From Trichosphaerium sp. ATCC 40318 (Eukaryota > Protista > Tubulinea): a stretch of 64,000 nucleotides of DNA. Under the pieces are notes generated by a model. It worked only from the letters and a program-made list of their open reading frames with translations, had not been told where the DNA came from and made no database searches. Below, one piece after another: positions 14,178-27,395 of the stretch. The stretch's first letter is position 1. Every line of letters starts with the position of its first letter. Location: assembly GCA_038496445.1 (NCBI GenBank), contig JALMLS010000455.1:248001-312000 (forward strand). Reading direction: 5' to 3'. Both the position numbers and the translations under genes were made by a program.

Positions 14178-17100
14178 TCATTTGAAGTACAAAAGGCGTT
14201 GGATATGTGCAACGTGGTATTGAAGTTCTTGGAGTTGCGGGCTCTAAGTAAAACATTAGAAATAGATACTAACTAGAAAGTTTAAAATGTTCACCTGCGG
14301 TTCCTTCTTGATTGCATCAATGTGCTCAAAAAACATTGTTTGTAGTCCAGCCATAGCACCACAAAAATCAATCTCTCTATTTTGCACCTTCATTACAGGG
14401 GTAGGATCTTCTAAAAACAAACAAAGTGAGAAAGAGAAAAAAGAACAGGAAAAAAAATGAGACGAAGACAAATCGACTTCTCTTACCACTTTGATTTGCC
14501 TAAACAAACAATTAGGATTAATTCAATTAATATGTTATACGTACCAAGACTTTGTTAATATACTTTTTCATCTCAGGTACATTCGCTGTTAAGAAATCTT
14601 TTGCGAACTCATCATCTTCTTGTGTTTTCATTTTCTTTCGTAAATTTGCTAGATTCATCAACACTTTCGATACAAGCATTAGTGTCTTTTCAGCAGCCAC
14701 AGGTCTCTCTATAACAAAATCGATTAACTTGATGTTATCACAATTTCTGAAGAAGCACGTGGAAATCACGTGTTTTTTTTCAAGTCAATTTTTTTTTCTT
14801 TCAAATGAATTTGCGTTGAAATAGCACCTTCAGAAATGCCATGAACACTAGGTTCTATAATAGCCGGACAATAAAATCGAAGAAACAATAAATTTGTAAC
14901 AACGCAAGTATCAATATTAGGCTCATTTGGCCATTTTTTTACTGTGACATCTCGCCTACAAATAAATCATTAACCTCTAACAAATACTTCAAAATCAGTA
15001 ACACGTGGCAACAGGTAAAAAATCTACAAAACTGGGTGGCTTACACATATCGAAGTATTTCTCTGAGCGCACTAAAGTGGTTTGTTAATTTCTTTGAACG
15101 AAAAAAAACACAAAAATCTCAAGTACCTAGGCATGACATGATCGTAAGCAACTATACTTTGCCACATATCATTTACATATTTAAGTAGCTTTTTACCATC
15201 CCTTGTTTTCTTTTTCTGATCTTTACAAACAACCTAATGATCGTCAACACAAAGAAGTATGTAATTTTTTAAAGCTAGTTCAACAGCATTTGCCAACGTT
15301 TCACGTACAGGTTTACTATTTTCTACTTTACAAGCATCTCTGACGTGATATTGTAAAGTAACTTTGAGTAAATCATGGCATAAGAGCCGCATTAAAGCAT
15401 CCAAGCAGAGAGTAAAGGAAGATCTCCCTCGGAATAAAACCATTGCAGAATCTTCAAAGAATGTTACCACTCGTGAACTGGTTCATCAGCTTACCTGTTC
15501 TTCCAATTTCCACACTAGCTAGAGTCTTCATAAACTCAACAGCTTTTCCATGAGCATGAAGAGAAGCAACAAAATAAGTGAAAGCTTGACGTTTATCAAC
15601 AGAATCGGTTGTCATTTTATCCAACAACCAAGCTACAGTGAGATCTGCCCAACAAACCTAAATAACGACCAATGAATAATTGAACCAAATGAATAACAAT
15701 ATAGTAAAAATAGATTACACGGTAGAGATCTTTATAAAACTTCTCATTCAACACACAAGTCTCCTAAACAGAAAAAGAGTTAGTTTCCGTTTCTGTTTTT
15801 TTGACACGCGAAAAAAAAAAAGCCGAATACACTTTGTTACCTTGTACTCCACTGATAACTTTATTGTTCCTAGTCTAGGCCTACCAGATATCTTCATAGT
15901 CCTATTTTCAATATAATATTAACTTCTTGATAGAGATAGAAGATTTCGTGAAGAAATAAAGAAAACTTACTGGCGTAACCCAAATTTCTTCTGTTTTAGT
16001 GTAAACCAACCAGAAACTTGCTTTTTCTCTCGAAGAACATCAAGCCAAATAGACTTTTCTCCCAAGAATAATGTACGCATACTACGTTTATCAAAAACAC
16101 GGAAAGCAAGGACTTCATTACTATCATCAATATCTCTAAAATGATAGTTGAGTAACAATTCAAAATATCACGTGATATTTTTTGTGAAGTATTTTTTGAG
16201 TGTTGTGATTTTTGTTAACCAACGATAGAAGGTTTTGGGTTTTTTTTCTGACGTACAATCGATATGTCTCTCTCCAAGCAGGTGATGAGGACTTTTTTAT
16301 TGTAGGTGTTCTAAACATACGTGTATCATCAATACTTATCGTGACATATGGATCAACACTCTTCGATAATCCGGAAGACGAAAGAGGTAAGCTCTCCGCT
16401 TCAAGCACTAAAGAAATAAATATTTAAGATCGGGAGCACAATTACGAAGTACCTTTAATGATCAGCCACGCCCGTATTGTAGGCTTACATTGTATACCTC
16501 CTTTTTGTATAACTTTAGCCAGTATCTTTAACAGAAAAGGTTAAGAGACAAAGAAAAGTTGGCTGATATGTACGCCTTTATATAAAGACTAAAAAAAAAC
16601 TTATCGTACCTTGTATACATTATTGAGCACTGTGCCAAATATATGTAAAGTTTCACTCTCTATATGCCTCTGACAGTACGTACGCATGCAAGCCTGTACT
16701 TTATTTCTTTAACAATCACAACAAGCGCTAGTTTGAAGGGATTTGTTAGGGCTCTAAAACTAAGAAAATACGCATTTTTAAAGTACCTGCTCTCAAGTCG
16801 TGTGCGCTCTTAGCATCAAGAGCAGTATCAATATCGGCTTTGGAGGCTTCGGGAGTTTTGTTAAACTTTAACCTACGCAGTTCTATTTTCTTGCATTAGA
16901 ATAGCGCTAGCGATAGTTGTAATGAATGTAATACGCGTGGCACTTATATCAGTAGTCCCACGTGAGATAAAGCGGGGTAAAAAAATGAACTGTAAAAAAA
17001 AAAGTAAATTTAATTTTTGTGCCGATAACCGTGTTTAAACTGTTCCAAAAATACTTTGAATATCATCTACATACGCGTGCCGTACCATGTACCACAGAAA

Positions 17101-17257
17101 CTAGCGCTTTCGAAAAAAGCTTCGATCTCACATGCGTTATATTCAAATCATTGATAAACAGAGCCTCCCTGCAGCAAATTGCTGTACATTTCTGACAGCT
17201 TGCTATTACATCTTTAAGCCAGTCGCGGAGACGTAGTTCTTTCTCTTTATCAGCCAT
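14178..17257 (-). CDS. C2 domain + RasGAP protein
   Basis: C2: VLEAESLP...VDPYVTISID...FRTPTIKKSSSPAWRETY and LAFRVFDKR...FLGE...GWFTL. RasGAP: VLFRGRS, NLLFLRFYCPAIIEP (~14860-14895) and KTLMLVSKVLMNLAN. Confidence 0.9.
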
Positions 17258-17911
17258 TTTCAGAACCCGCAAAGCGGCAGGCGACTGGCTATACATTTCT
17301 GGAGCTACAAAATGATTTTTTTCTTATTTTGTGGTCTCAACTGGTTGACGTCAGCGAAAAAGTCTCACAAGTAACATGTGCTTCATACTCAAGAGTATTG
17401 GTGGTATCTGACGCTATCTCGTTTTGTGGCAAACTGGAATTGGTTTTGCGTTGCCTGTTGCTTGTGAAATAATATCTCGACGCTTTAATGCGCGTATGGG
17501 TTAGTATAACGCCATCTTTCATGGGACAGGAAGCTTCATGAAATAAATCAATGTTATCGCAGTGCTATTTGGCGCAACCACGACGGTTTTTGTAGTGTTT
17601 CGTTACGAACACAAACCAAAACAAGTAAAGCTCACCTGATGTATCTTTATGTTTGCTGAACACTCAAACCGGCGCATTCTGTGTCACAATGTGTTTCAAA
17701 GCTCCGCTAACTTTTTGACGCCAATTTTAACCCCTTTTGTAGCCAAAGTGAGCCAAACACCTCATAACAATACTGAAGTAATATTCAGCGAGTTCCGCAG
17801 TATAAACGTTTGTAAAAGTGACTGACAAAGTCGTACCTGTTCACTTCTACAAATTTTTGGCGCTAGCAAACTTATTGCATAATAGCAGTTTAGCGTGGTG
17901 CTATTCGCACT

Positions 17912-20900
17912 ATGAACGTAACAGACGCACCGGGGACTGGTAGCACGCCTATAATTGGGATTTTCGGTAATTTTTAAAACAGTAACTGCTGTAAATGACA
18001 CTCTACAGGATTTAATGGCCCCTCATTCCGTAATAATTGGTTTCCTGTGGGTGTGGCTTTATCTATATCAATAGCTTACGGTAAGCGTTGCTACGCACGT
18101 AAAATCACTAACAGATACGTAGACATCGTACTGTATGCGGTTTATTGGGTAATGTGGCGACTCGCCCACAACAATCATGGTGATGGCCGGAAAGTGCTTA
18201 AGGTTATCAAGACATTCCAAAGAAGCGTTGTTGGAGTCATTTTGGTAATTCCACTTAATAAGACACTGGCTTTTAAATTAAATCTCCCACTCAGGACGGA
18301 TTCATAGCGTTTTTGGCATTTATTTCTGTAGCTCTATTTGTAACAGAGGTGCCAATTAAAACAATTAATTAAAGCATGACAGATGCGTATTAGGTCACCG
18401 TTATAGCGAATGCAGATATATCAACAGTTATACTAAACGTTACCGAAACAATTCCACTGAACGATACCTTGGTAACCCGCAATTCACATTTTTTCTCTTT
18501 TTTTTATTTCTCTTTCTTTTTCTGTTTGTTTAATGTGTTGTAGTTGCTTGAATTACAAAGTCAGTTATTTGAGGATGTATTCGGTAATATTGCACTACGT
18601 TGGGGAGAGTTTACAATATCTTTTATATTATTGGTGAACTACAGTTTTGAGTTCTGTTCATCACGTAGAAAGTATGTCAAGAATCAGCTCTACGTTCTTC
18701 TATTTTACAAGCCAGTGCCCGTTCATCGCGCTTATATTCACTAGATTCCGATATGCTGTTATTGGACTGGTTGAAACGTTGCCCATCGTAAGTTTTTAGG
18801 TTCATGACAGTACTAATTTTTTGTGCAGGTTACAGGACTTTTAGGGCCTTTTACTGGAGTGTATTACTATGGATTTCAGTTCTTGAGAGCCTTGAAGCTT
18901 GTTAGGTTAGCTAAGTCTGTTGTTTCAAGACACATTTTCAAGCGTACGCTTTCTAGACTGCAAGATGTTTCTTTCTAAACCTATGCAACAGTTTATTCTA
19001 CTGAACTGTTTCTGATATTTCTTGGTATTGCATCACTCCTGAGTACCATTGTTGGTTTTATATTTGTATATGAGAATAGATTTCTTACACTCGATGGTCA
19101 GTTTAGAACACTCACTGAGGTAGGGATTAGAAATTTTGCATCCTTTTTGTCTCATCGATATTTTTTTTTAGTGCTTCTATTTTACTGTCATTACCATCTC
19201 CACTGTTGGTTATGGGTACTAATATTACTATTGGCTGTGGTTGAAATAGTATAGTACTAACAGAGGTGTGTAGGGATTTTGTTCCAAAGTCTGAGTTGGG
19301 TCAATTAGTCGTTATGATTGGCATCCTTATGCTTTTGTATCTACTTCCTTTTGTTTTTTCCAAAATCACGAATGTTGTGGCTATAATTACAGGTTCGTCA
19401 TTGTTCACACGGCCTAGCTTATAATAATCCTTTGTTTTAGCAACACGAAGGTATAGAGGTATAGGGCATGTTGTCGTTTTTAATAGAGATGGTTTCTACA
19501 TAGACTTTGTAAAAGCTTTCTACAAGCATGTAAGATTCTTAGTTGTTTTTTAAACTACGTACTTCTTGTACTAAATATGTACCTAGACTTCCAATTTCAA
19601 CTTCACGAGGTTGTGCTTATTAAAACCTACAAGTGAAATTGACAGACAATTAGAAGGTTCGAGAAATACTGTCAATGTGAGTATCTTTTGTAGGCGTGTG
19701 ATGTATTTATAGAATTTAGCTTCGAACACGTGTAATGAAGGGAAGCGGCACGAATCTTTCTGATCTTAGAAATTGCCACATAAAGTACGTGCTCGCTTTG
19801 AATTGCCTTAATGATGTATGATAGGAAGGCTAAAGCTTGTTTTATTCTTGCAAATAAATTAGCAGCTGATATTGAGCAAGATGACGCAGGTACAGTTTTA
19901 TTTTGTCTCAGCCATTGTTAATATTTTGCAACTAGCAAGTATTTTGACAGTGGATTATATACGACTTTCACAGACGCCAGCAAATATTCACGTGCAACTG
20001 CATACTTCACATAACAGGGTACCCGTTTTTTATTATACTTTGTGTTGATGAACAAATACTTACAAAGACTAGAGGATGGTTGAGAAACATAAGAGAGTTA
20101 AATCTGTTATGTGCATTGATGAAATTAAAATGGTTTGTTTGTTCCTGCTTCTGCGTATTCCTTATTAATTTAATAGACCTTAATGGGTCACTCTTGTAAA
20201 GCTCCCGGTTATGCAGCACTTCTCTGTAACCTAGTAATTTCTACGCACAGACAAAAGTGGAAAAAGCGATCGGGATGGAAGCGAAACTATTGTATGGAGT
20301 TCCTTTTGTTCTTTGAGCTTATTTTAGATTATAGGGCAAGGACTTGCAAATGAAATATTTACAGATATACCTATGGACAGGTTCATTGATATGAAGTTCC
20401 GTGACGTTTGTTACGTGAGTTGTAGCTTTTGTTTCAACAATTTTGAAGTTTTTGTAAATACCATTATTTTAATCGCTTGAAAACCTGAAGCAATGAGAGG
20501 AATAACAACTATAATTGTATATTATGTTGCAATTTTTTCAGTTGCATACAACTGAAATCGTATATAGTCTGTAATTTAGTACTTACCTTCTTTTTTTATC
20601 AAGCTTTTCTTTATGTGGAGAAAACTTCAGTACTGTAATGTACCACCAGCGATTCTTCTTGGTGTTAGATCTACATTACATGGCGAAATACTAATATTCC
20701 CAGACGAAACGTATGTCTGTTTGGAGTAGTTCTAAGTGATATTGAGGGAGTTGTATAGTTTGCTGAGCTATTTCTTAGATATGTTATACGTCCTGGTGAT
20801 GAAGGTATTGTGATCCATTTTGATAAGGAAGAATTACTTGCAGCAATCCAATGTATAGTCCTTGATGATTCTTTAAAGAAAGAAGCAGTCAGATGGAAAA

Positions 20901-23224
20901 ACTCGTAAGTTAAAAAAAAAGTTTTTGTTTCTTCTACTTCCTTTTACCAACAGCTTCGTCTGAATCAGTATCTAATACTTGTGTTTAGAAGCGCTCATGT
21001 AAAACTTTCGGGATCATTACCTCCTAGAAGCAAGCGATCAAGATCACGATCAAGATCAAGATCAAGGCATAGTTCACCAAGGCGTATGCCAAAAAAAGCT
21101 GGACATGAAGTAACAGACAGCCATCTACCTATGGATTCTCTTAAGTCTCCTGTTCTTGCGAATGCTCCATGGAGTCCTCACAGAGAGAGTATGCCGCATA
21201 GGTTTACTAGGAGTAATGCTAGCATTGCACTTTCAGGACGGAGTGTGCGTCACTTTTGAATAAGTTCAAGTCCATCCTTCTTATTTAAACTTTGAGCGTA
21301 CATATTTTTACCCTTTACTCATTGTTTTACTTATCAAATATTATTACCTTGGCGACCAACTTAAATCTTCAATTTTGTAGCCTCGTCGATACATATAAGA
21401 GTTCAAACTCTAAAGAATTCGGATTCTCTATTTTGACTTTGTATTAGAGTTCTAAGCTGTCTGCAAGATCTAGGTTATTCGATGATGATTCTCTTTCATC
21501 ATTGTCATCATATGGATCTATTTTAACAGCACTGTCTGGTCATATACTTGTTTGTGGTGGAAACCCCAACATTCCTCTTGATGTACGAATCCAAATTGTA
21601 TTTTACTCATTGCTAACCCTCTTTTCAAGAAATTCACTAAAGAAATTGATGATGGCGATGAACATGAAATTGTTCTTCTTAGTGATCAACCATACACTAA
21701 TAGTGCAGCTGATTCATGTCGCTATGTCAGAGTACGAAAATTATTGTAAAATTAAAAAAATCGCTTTTAATTTTGATGCAGGGTACAGCGCTATCTACAC
21801 ATGACTTAGATTTGGCGAATGCCTCAGAGGCAGCTATTGTTCTCTTACTAGGAAATTATAAGGTGAGCGAATATAAACAAGATACACTCGTTGTTATGAG
21901 CGGATTCAAAAAAAACCTTTCCTTGAAAATCACATTTTTAGTTATATTTCTGTCTGTCGTTTGCAAGATTTCTTTTGCGTTTAAAAACAATCTATACATA
22001 AAACAAGCCAAGATATTATTGTATTTGTTGCATACTGTCTTCTTGTTATTGTCAGTCTTGCCTCTTTGTGAAACGTTTTCGTTTTCGTTATTTTTTCTTT
22101 CTTTTTTTTTGACCTTGTTTTGTAGCATTTGAAGAATCTCGGTTCGGATAAATTTGATTGGGATGCAGATGCTTTAACACTTTATAAGCTTATACAGTAC
22201 CATCATTCCTTTACAATAATAGAGTTGCTGGTACCTGAAAACATGAGTTTTCTTGACCATCATTTCAGCAACTTTTTGGAGAATACACACTATGTCAGTG
22301 GTCATGTGGTCTTACCTGTCATTGTTGATGGTATAATGATTCAAGTGCGCAGGTTTTTATTTAGTTTGTGGCCATCACAACCATGATTTGTCGCGTATAC
22401 TGTTGAAAAGTTTTGACTTCTTTTTTTTTAGGCGTATGCGAAGGCTGACTTTATGCCTGTTTTTTCGTTCTTCACAGAGGAATGTGAGGTTCTCCATTTT
22501 GCTGTTACAGAACATGTATTTGATGCACTTAAAAAAGTTCATAAAGTCAGAGAAGGAGAACTAGAACATACAAGAAACATACCTTATTATGTAATGTTTC
22601 GATATTTGTTAAGAAAGTACGAAATATTATCACCAAAACTTTTAATGTCACTAAATGAATATCACTGAAATGAACATACAACACTCATTTCTTTTTCTAG
22701 GAATCTGTTGCCTCTCGGATTATATGTTAATCCTACAGCTAGTGAACTTTATAACTCACCAAAGCTTTCGGTATGTGAAAAAAAACCATATTAGCCAAAG
22801 AAAAAAAACTCCGTCTAGTTTAACGAGACTATGATGTTTAGATCTAAACCTCGTTCGAAAACAGTTGAATGAATGTGATAACAAGAGAATCATACTTGCA
22901 AACTCACTCAATTGTTTTCGAAAACTCCTGAGATACTTAGAGAAAACATCTTAAAACTTTACTTTTTTCTCAAATGAACATAATCTGTTGGTTGACTAAT
23001 TCTTGATTTTGTAGGAGGAAGAAGACCATGAAACGTTTAGATATGTTTATACAAATCCTCACGAAGATCGTAAAGTGAGGCTAGGTGATATATTCTTTGT
23101 ATTACATCCAAGAACCTCACCACGTAAAAAGAAGAAACACGCTTCACCAAAAGACCAACACAATCAGCGTGATGATTCTTTTGATGCTTCCGAAACAGAA
23201 GAGCTTTTGAATAGTGATTCATAG
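17912..23224 (+). CDS. Slo/BK-family voltage-gated K+ channel with tandem RCK domains
   Basis: N-terminal S0-like TM, S4 FLRALKLVR, pore CFYFTVITISTVGYG|DFVPKS (split by an intron at ~19216), RCK1 GHVVVF, RCK2 GHILVCG, and C-terminal YVYTNP...VRLGDIFFVL. Confidence 0.92.
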
Positions 23225-24205
23225 GCTTTATTTTCTTTGGTTGCACATTAGCTCATGCTCTTGATTGCAAACAGGAATCAACCATTTTGAATAGAAAAAG
23301 AATTAAATTAACTGTAAATAACTGTGTACAACACCCTGATAGCTTGTACCTTAACTTGCACGTGTACTAATAGCAACCATTAAACGTTCCATACGTATCA
23401 GCACTACTTATACCTATGCTTGATTTAGGATTTGACCCGAAATAGCTATTTTGAGTTAGCTTAGCCTGATTTTTCTGGATGGTTTGTGAACATAGGTAGA
23501 CCTTGTGCAAACTCTGCAAGCTATCCATTAGTGTATCCTTAGGGGACTTAACGCGAGCATAAGAGTAGAAAGTCACGTGCGCGCTACAAATCGGGAGTGC
23601 CTTTTAAAAAGTAGGTTTAACGTTAAACAAAATAGCGTTATTTCAGGTCAAATCCTTATCTACGCCAAACAATTCGCCGTATTTGATTTTTAACGGGTAT
23701 TACTCGTGCAGTGGATGGTTATGGTTAGTTCGAAACACTTCGAACAAATTATAGTTGGCGGTTCGCGTCTAGGGCACGCGCTCATGGATTCGCTACTGTC
23801 CACAAAACCCCAGCATTATATCAAAAATGTAAGCGATTGGTGACGATATTATTTCGAACGTGTTTTCGAACGTCGCTTGGTTAAAAAGGCTTACCAGTGG
23901 CCTTCAGCCGCTAGATGAGTAGACCTTTAGATTTAAAGGGGTTTGGAATGCCTTTTAATCGAAACAAAAGAGTTCTAAGTGAATCCAACGCACAGGTTCA
24001 CTGAAAGTGAAACCGGTTCTCGGACCGTTTCAATAAAACCGGTCTTATTAATGGACTGTTTCAGAACAAGCATTTTTCAGCTATAAACGTTTGTAGGTAA
24101 CTTTTTATTTAATGTTCGAAAAAATGTTCGAAATACCGCGCGTTCCTCAACTTGTTCATTTATTTGCTTAAACATTACCTACAAATTTCTTGGACGAAGC
24201 ACCTA

Positions 24206-25277
24206 ATGCAAGTCTTAACTTCTGTAATATCTGTTTGCTGGCTATTGATCTCGTTCGTACAAGTCATGCAGTCGCAAAAGCTAGTACATGAATTCAACTT
24301 TGACAATAACCTAAACGACAGTGTTGGCTCTGGGTACGCTTCCTCATCTCTTTGTTCTCAAACTAAAACAAAAAAGAAAAAACTATGTTTTTATGTTATC
24401 ACGTGTTATCTTTTTTTTCTAAGCAACGATTGATAGTAATTTAACCATTGGAATACCACAAAACTACTCTTCAAAAGGGTGTATCGAATTGCCAAGACGT
24501 ACAAACCCTCAGTTGATTTTAAACAACCCAGACCCATTATTAATTCATGCTCCATATACCATTGTATTTAACGTACATGTCGCTATGCAAGAAGATCTCT
24601 TTGGAAGGATACTTGGATGGAATGCCACAACTGACGATGGCTTGTACTTTCGTCGTCTTGGGCTTGTGTTTTATGAAGGAGGAAGTTTCGGTCCAACACA
24701 CCTGATGTCACCAGGGTTTGTATCAATATATTTTTCGTACGTTACTAGAATCCTTGCACCTTCAATCAAATTTAATGCTAACATCATCTACAGCTATGAC
24801 CCTTCACAAAGAAACTGTACATACGGTGAAGTTGGCAATCCAACTGTAAAAGCATCATACATTGAGCACACAGGGTTACCAACTATTGTTGAGACAGTCC
24901 GACTATTCACTGATGAGTTTAATACCATTGAGCAATATGAATTATGTCTAGCCAATGCACTGTTCTACACTGGTGCTTTTGAACCGACATCAGCTCCTAC
25001 TTTGCCTCCAACAACAGCACCTCCAACGGTCATACCAACAACTTCCAGCCCTACAATAGAGCCAACTGAAGCACCAAGAACTACTTCTAGTCCAACAACG
25101 CCCTCTCCATCTCCAACAAACACAACAATTTCTCCAAGCGCACCTACAACTGCAAGTCCAACCATGGCACCAACAGTGACCCCAACAGTAAAATCAAACG
25201 GCAGACTTGCATATACATCTATTACTTCGTTAAGTGTGATCAGTTTAATGATATCACTATACTCTGTGCTTTTCTAA
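24206..25277 (+). CDS. Secreted, probably GPI-anchored protein with LamG/ConA-like domain and Thr/Pro stalk
   Basis: Signal MQVLTSVISVCWLLISFVQVMQS, LamG-like start LVHEFNFDNNLNDSVGS, PTTAPPT/PTTSSPT stalk and a hydrophobic C-terminal tail. Confidence 0.65.
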
Positions 25278-25741
25278 CAATTCAATAAAGTAACCTCATT
25301 CATAAATGGATCTTATTAAAGTTGAGAATCTTGTCTGGACATACAGAAATGGTGCAAAACAACAATCACATAACACAACTTCTAGATACTAGTTTTATGA
25401 ACCTTTGTTGTCCAATCCATTTTTATTTACCTGCTGCATATGCTGGATTAACGTTCAGAGTAGTGGTTGGTGACTAAGAGCAGTCCTCAAAGTAGATAAA
25501 CAGCATTACATACAGTTCACAGATAAGATTTTTTTTTTACCTCACCTGAGCGTTTCTGGGAAGACCTAAAACGCAGATTACTCTTTAGCATATAAGATTT
25601 ACAAGTTCCGGCAGATATGTCAATTCGTCAGACATGACAGTCAAGTAGCTGCTAAAGTCAGTCTGAAAAAAAATTGTTCTTCCTAATAATATCATTTCTT
25701 CACACTCCGGCACGTGAACAAATAAATACGTAAAGCAACAG

Positions 25742-26458
25742 ATGTATACACCATATGTACAACAACAACAAACGGATACACCATACATACAGCAACAGAT
25801 GGATACACCATACGTACAGGAGCCTTACGTACCTCCTGGACAACAAGTACAATATCCCCAACAAGGTTTTCCTCCTCAACAGGTTTATAATCCACATATC
25901 GTTCAAGGACACCCAGTAGACCCGCCACCACTACACTATGTTACTACACAATCAAACCAGACTAATGTGGTGATGTACGAGCATCACCGAAATATCTACA
26001 CAGTTTTTTGTTTTCACCCAATGGTTTTGAGGAAGCAGTTTCTTTGTCTCAATTTCTCTGTTATCTTTCAAAGATTTGTACTTTAAAGCTTATTTTGGTT
26101 TTAGTAACGACAATAAAAAAAAAGAAAGTAGGCTGGCTGGCGTAGCGTTTTGGTTGTACGTCAAAAATAAAAACTGCCTTCAAACTCAACTGAAATATAG
26201 ATATGTTGGTGGGTGGTGTTGTATGGGTATTACATGGTTTATTGGCGCTTTATTCATCTTCAGTTCAGATACCAGAACAAGGTAAGCTGTTTTATGTCCT
26301 CAGATTTAACACGTGCACCAAACGTTATTAATTACAAAATTATACTTCACTGTCTACCATAAGTATTTTAACACATTTTTAGATTGATTGGTTGTTTGAA
26401 CCTTTTCTTTGCAATCATAACGGCAATATGTTTCATCGTGTATATTGTCGAAAAATGA
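25742..26458 (+). CDS. Pro/Gln/Tyr-rich small membrane protein, paralog B (4 exons)
   Basis: MYTPYVQQQQ...TNVVI|NDNKKKESRLAGVAFWL|YVGGWCCMGITWFIGALFIFSSDTRTR|LIGCLNLFFAIITAICFIVYIVEK*. Same intron positions as paralog A. Confidence 0.8.
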
Positions 26459-26503
26459 GGTTTCATATGTTGGTGCACGTGTTAAAACCTGAAGTATTAA
26501 AAA

Positions 26504-27023
26504 TTACCTTGCTTTGGAATCTTTAGAACAGATACAGAATGCACCAATAAGCCATGGAATACCACACAAACACCCGAAAAAAAATCTACAACTTAGTTTG
26601 AACACAATTATGATTTTTTGACTTACAACCAGTACGCTGTCACAGCATGCTTACTTTTCTTCTTCTTCTTTTTATTGTCGTTACTAAAAACCAAAATAAG
26701 CGTTTAAAGTAAAAATTTAATTGTATTGAACAGGTAACACAGAGAAAAGAGTGGAGATGAACCAGGTTCCTCAAAAAAAAATTTGGATATTTCGAAACTA
26801 TGACCTCGTACATCACCACAGGAGTCTGGTTCGGTTGTGTGGCGATATTTTGTTGTTGTAAAATATCTGTTGGGTATGCTTGAATAACATGGGCTTGTTC
26901 TGGAGTATACACCTGTTGAGGAGGATAACCTTGTTGGGGATATTGTATTTGTTGTCCAGGAGGTACATAAGGCTCCTGTACGTATGGTGTATCCATCTGT
27001 TGCTGTATGTATGGTGTATCCAT
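26504..27023 (-). pseudogene. Paralog C: inverted copy lacking its last (TM) exon
   Basis: MDTPYIQQQMDTPY...TPVVI|NDNKKKKKKSKHAVTAYWL|FFFGCLCGIPWLIGAFCICSKDSKAR. Intron 3 runs into the stop codon of paralog B after ~45 nt, and the unspliced frame stops at 26504-26506. Confidence 0.55.
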
Positions 27024-27395
27024 CTGTTGCTTTACGTATTTATTTGTTCACGTGCCGGTAGTGTGAAGAAATTTTATTGGAAGTCTGCGTACTTCAGTTG
27101 TTGACTTTAGTTCAAGTTTTTAGACTGACTGTAGCATCTAACTGACTGCCGTGTTTTAATAAAGGTAATTTGCGTTTTATGAATGCAAGGCAAAAAATTA
27201 CAAAGGTAAGCAAGATATTGGCTCATAATGACTTTGTCAAAAATATCTAGTTTCTGCCCGATCTATCAATTTGCTAGATCTCCTAAACGTGCTAGAAACT
27301 CACTTTCTAGAAACTATTAGTAGAACTTGAATGAGACAGACAATATCTATGTAAGGAAAAAAAACCACAGATTGAATACTGTGAACGCTTTTTAT

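Noticed and set aside
23995-24014. Small hairpin ggttcac-tgaaa-gtgaaacc as an ncRNA
   Set aside because: Too short, with no recognisable RNA family context.
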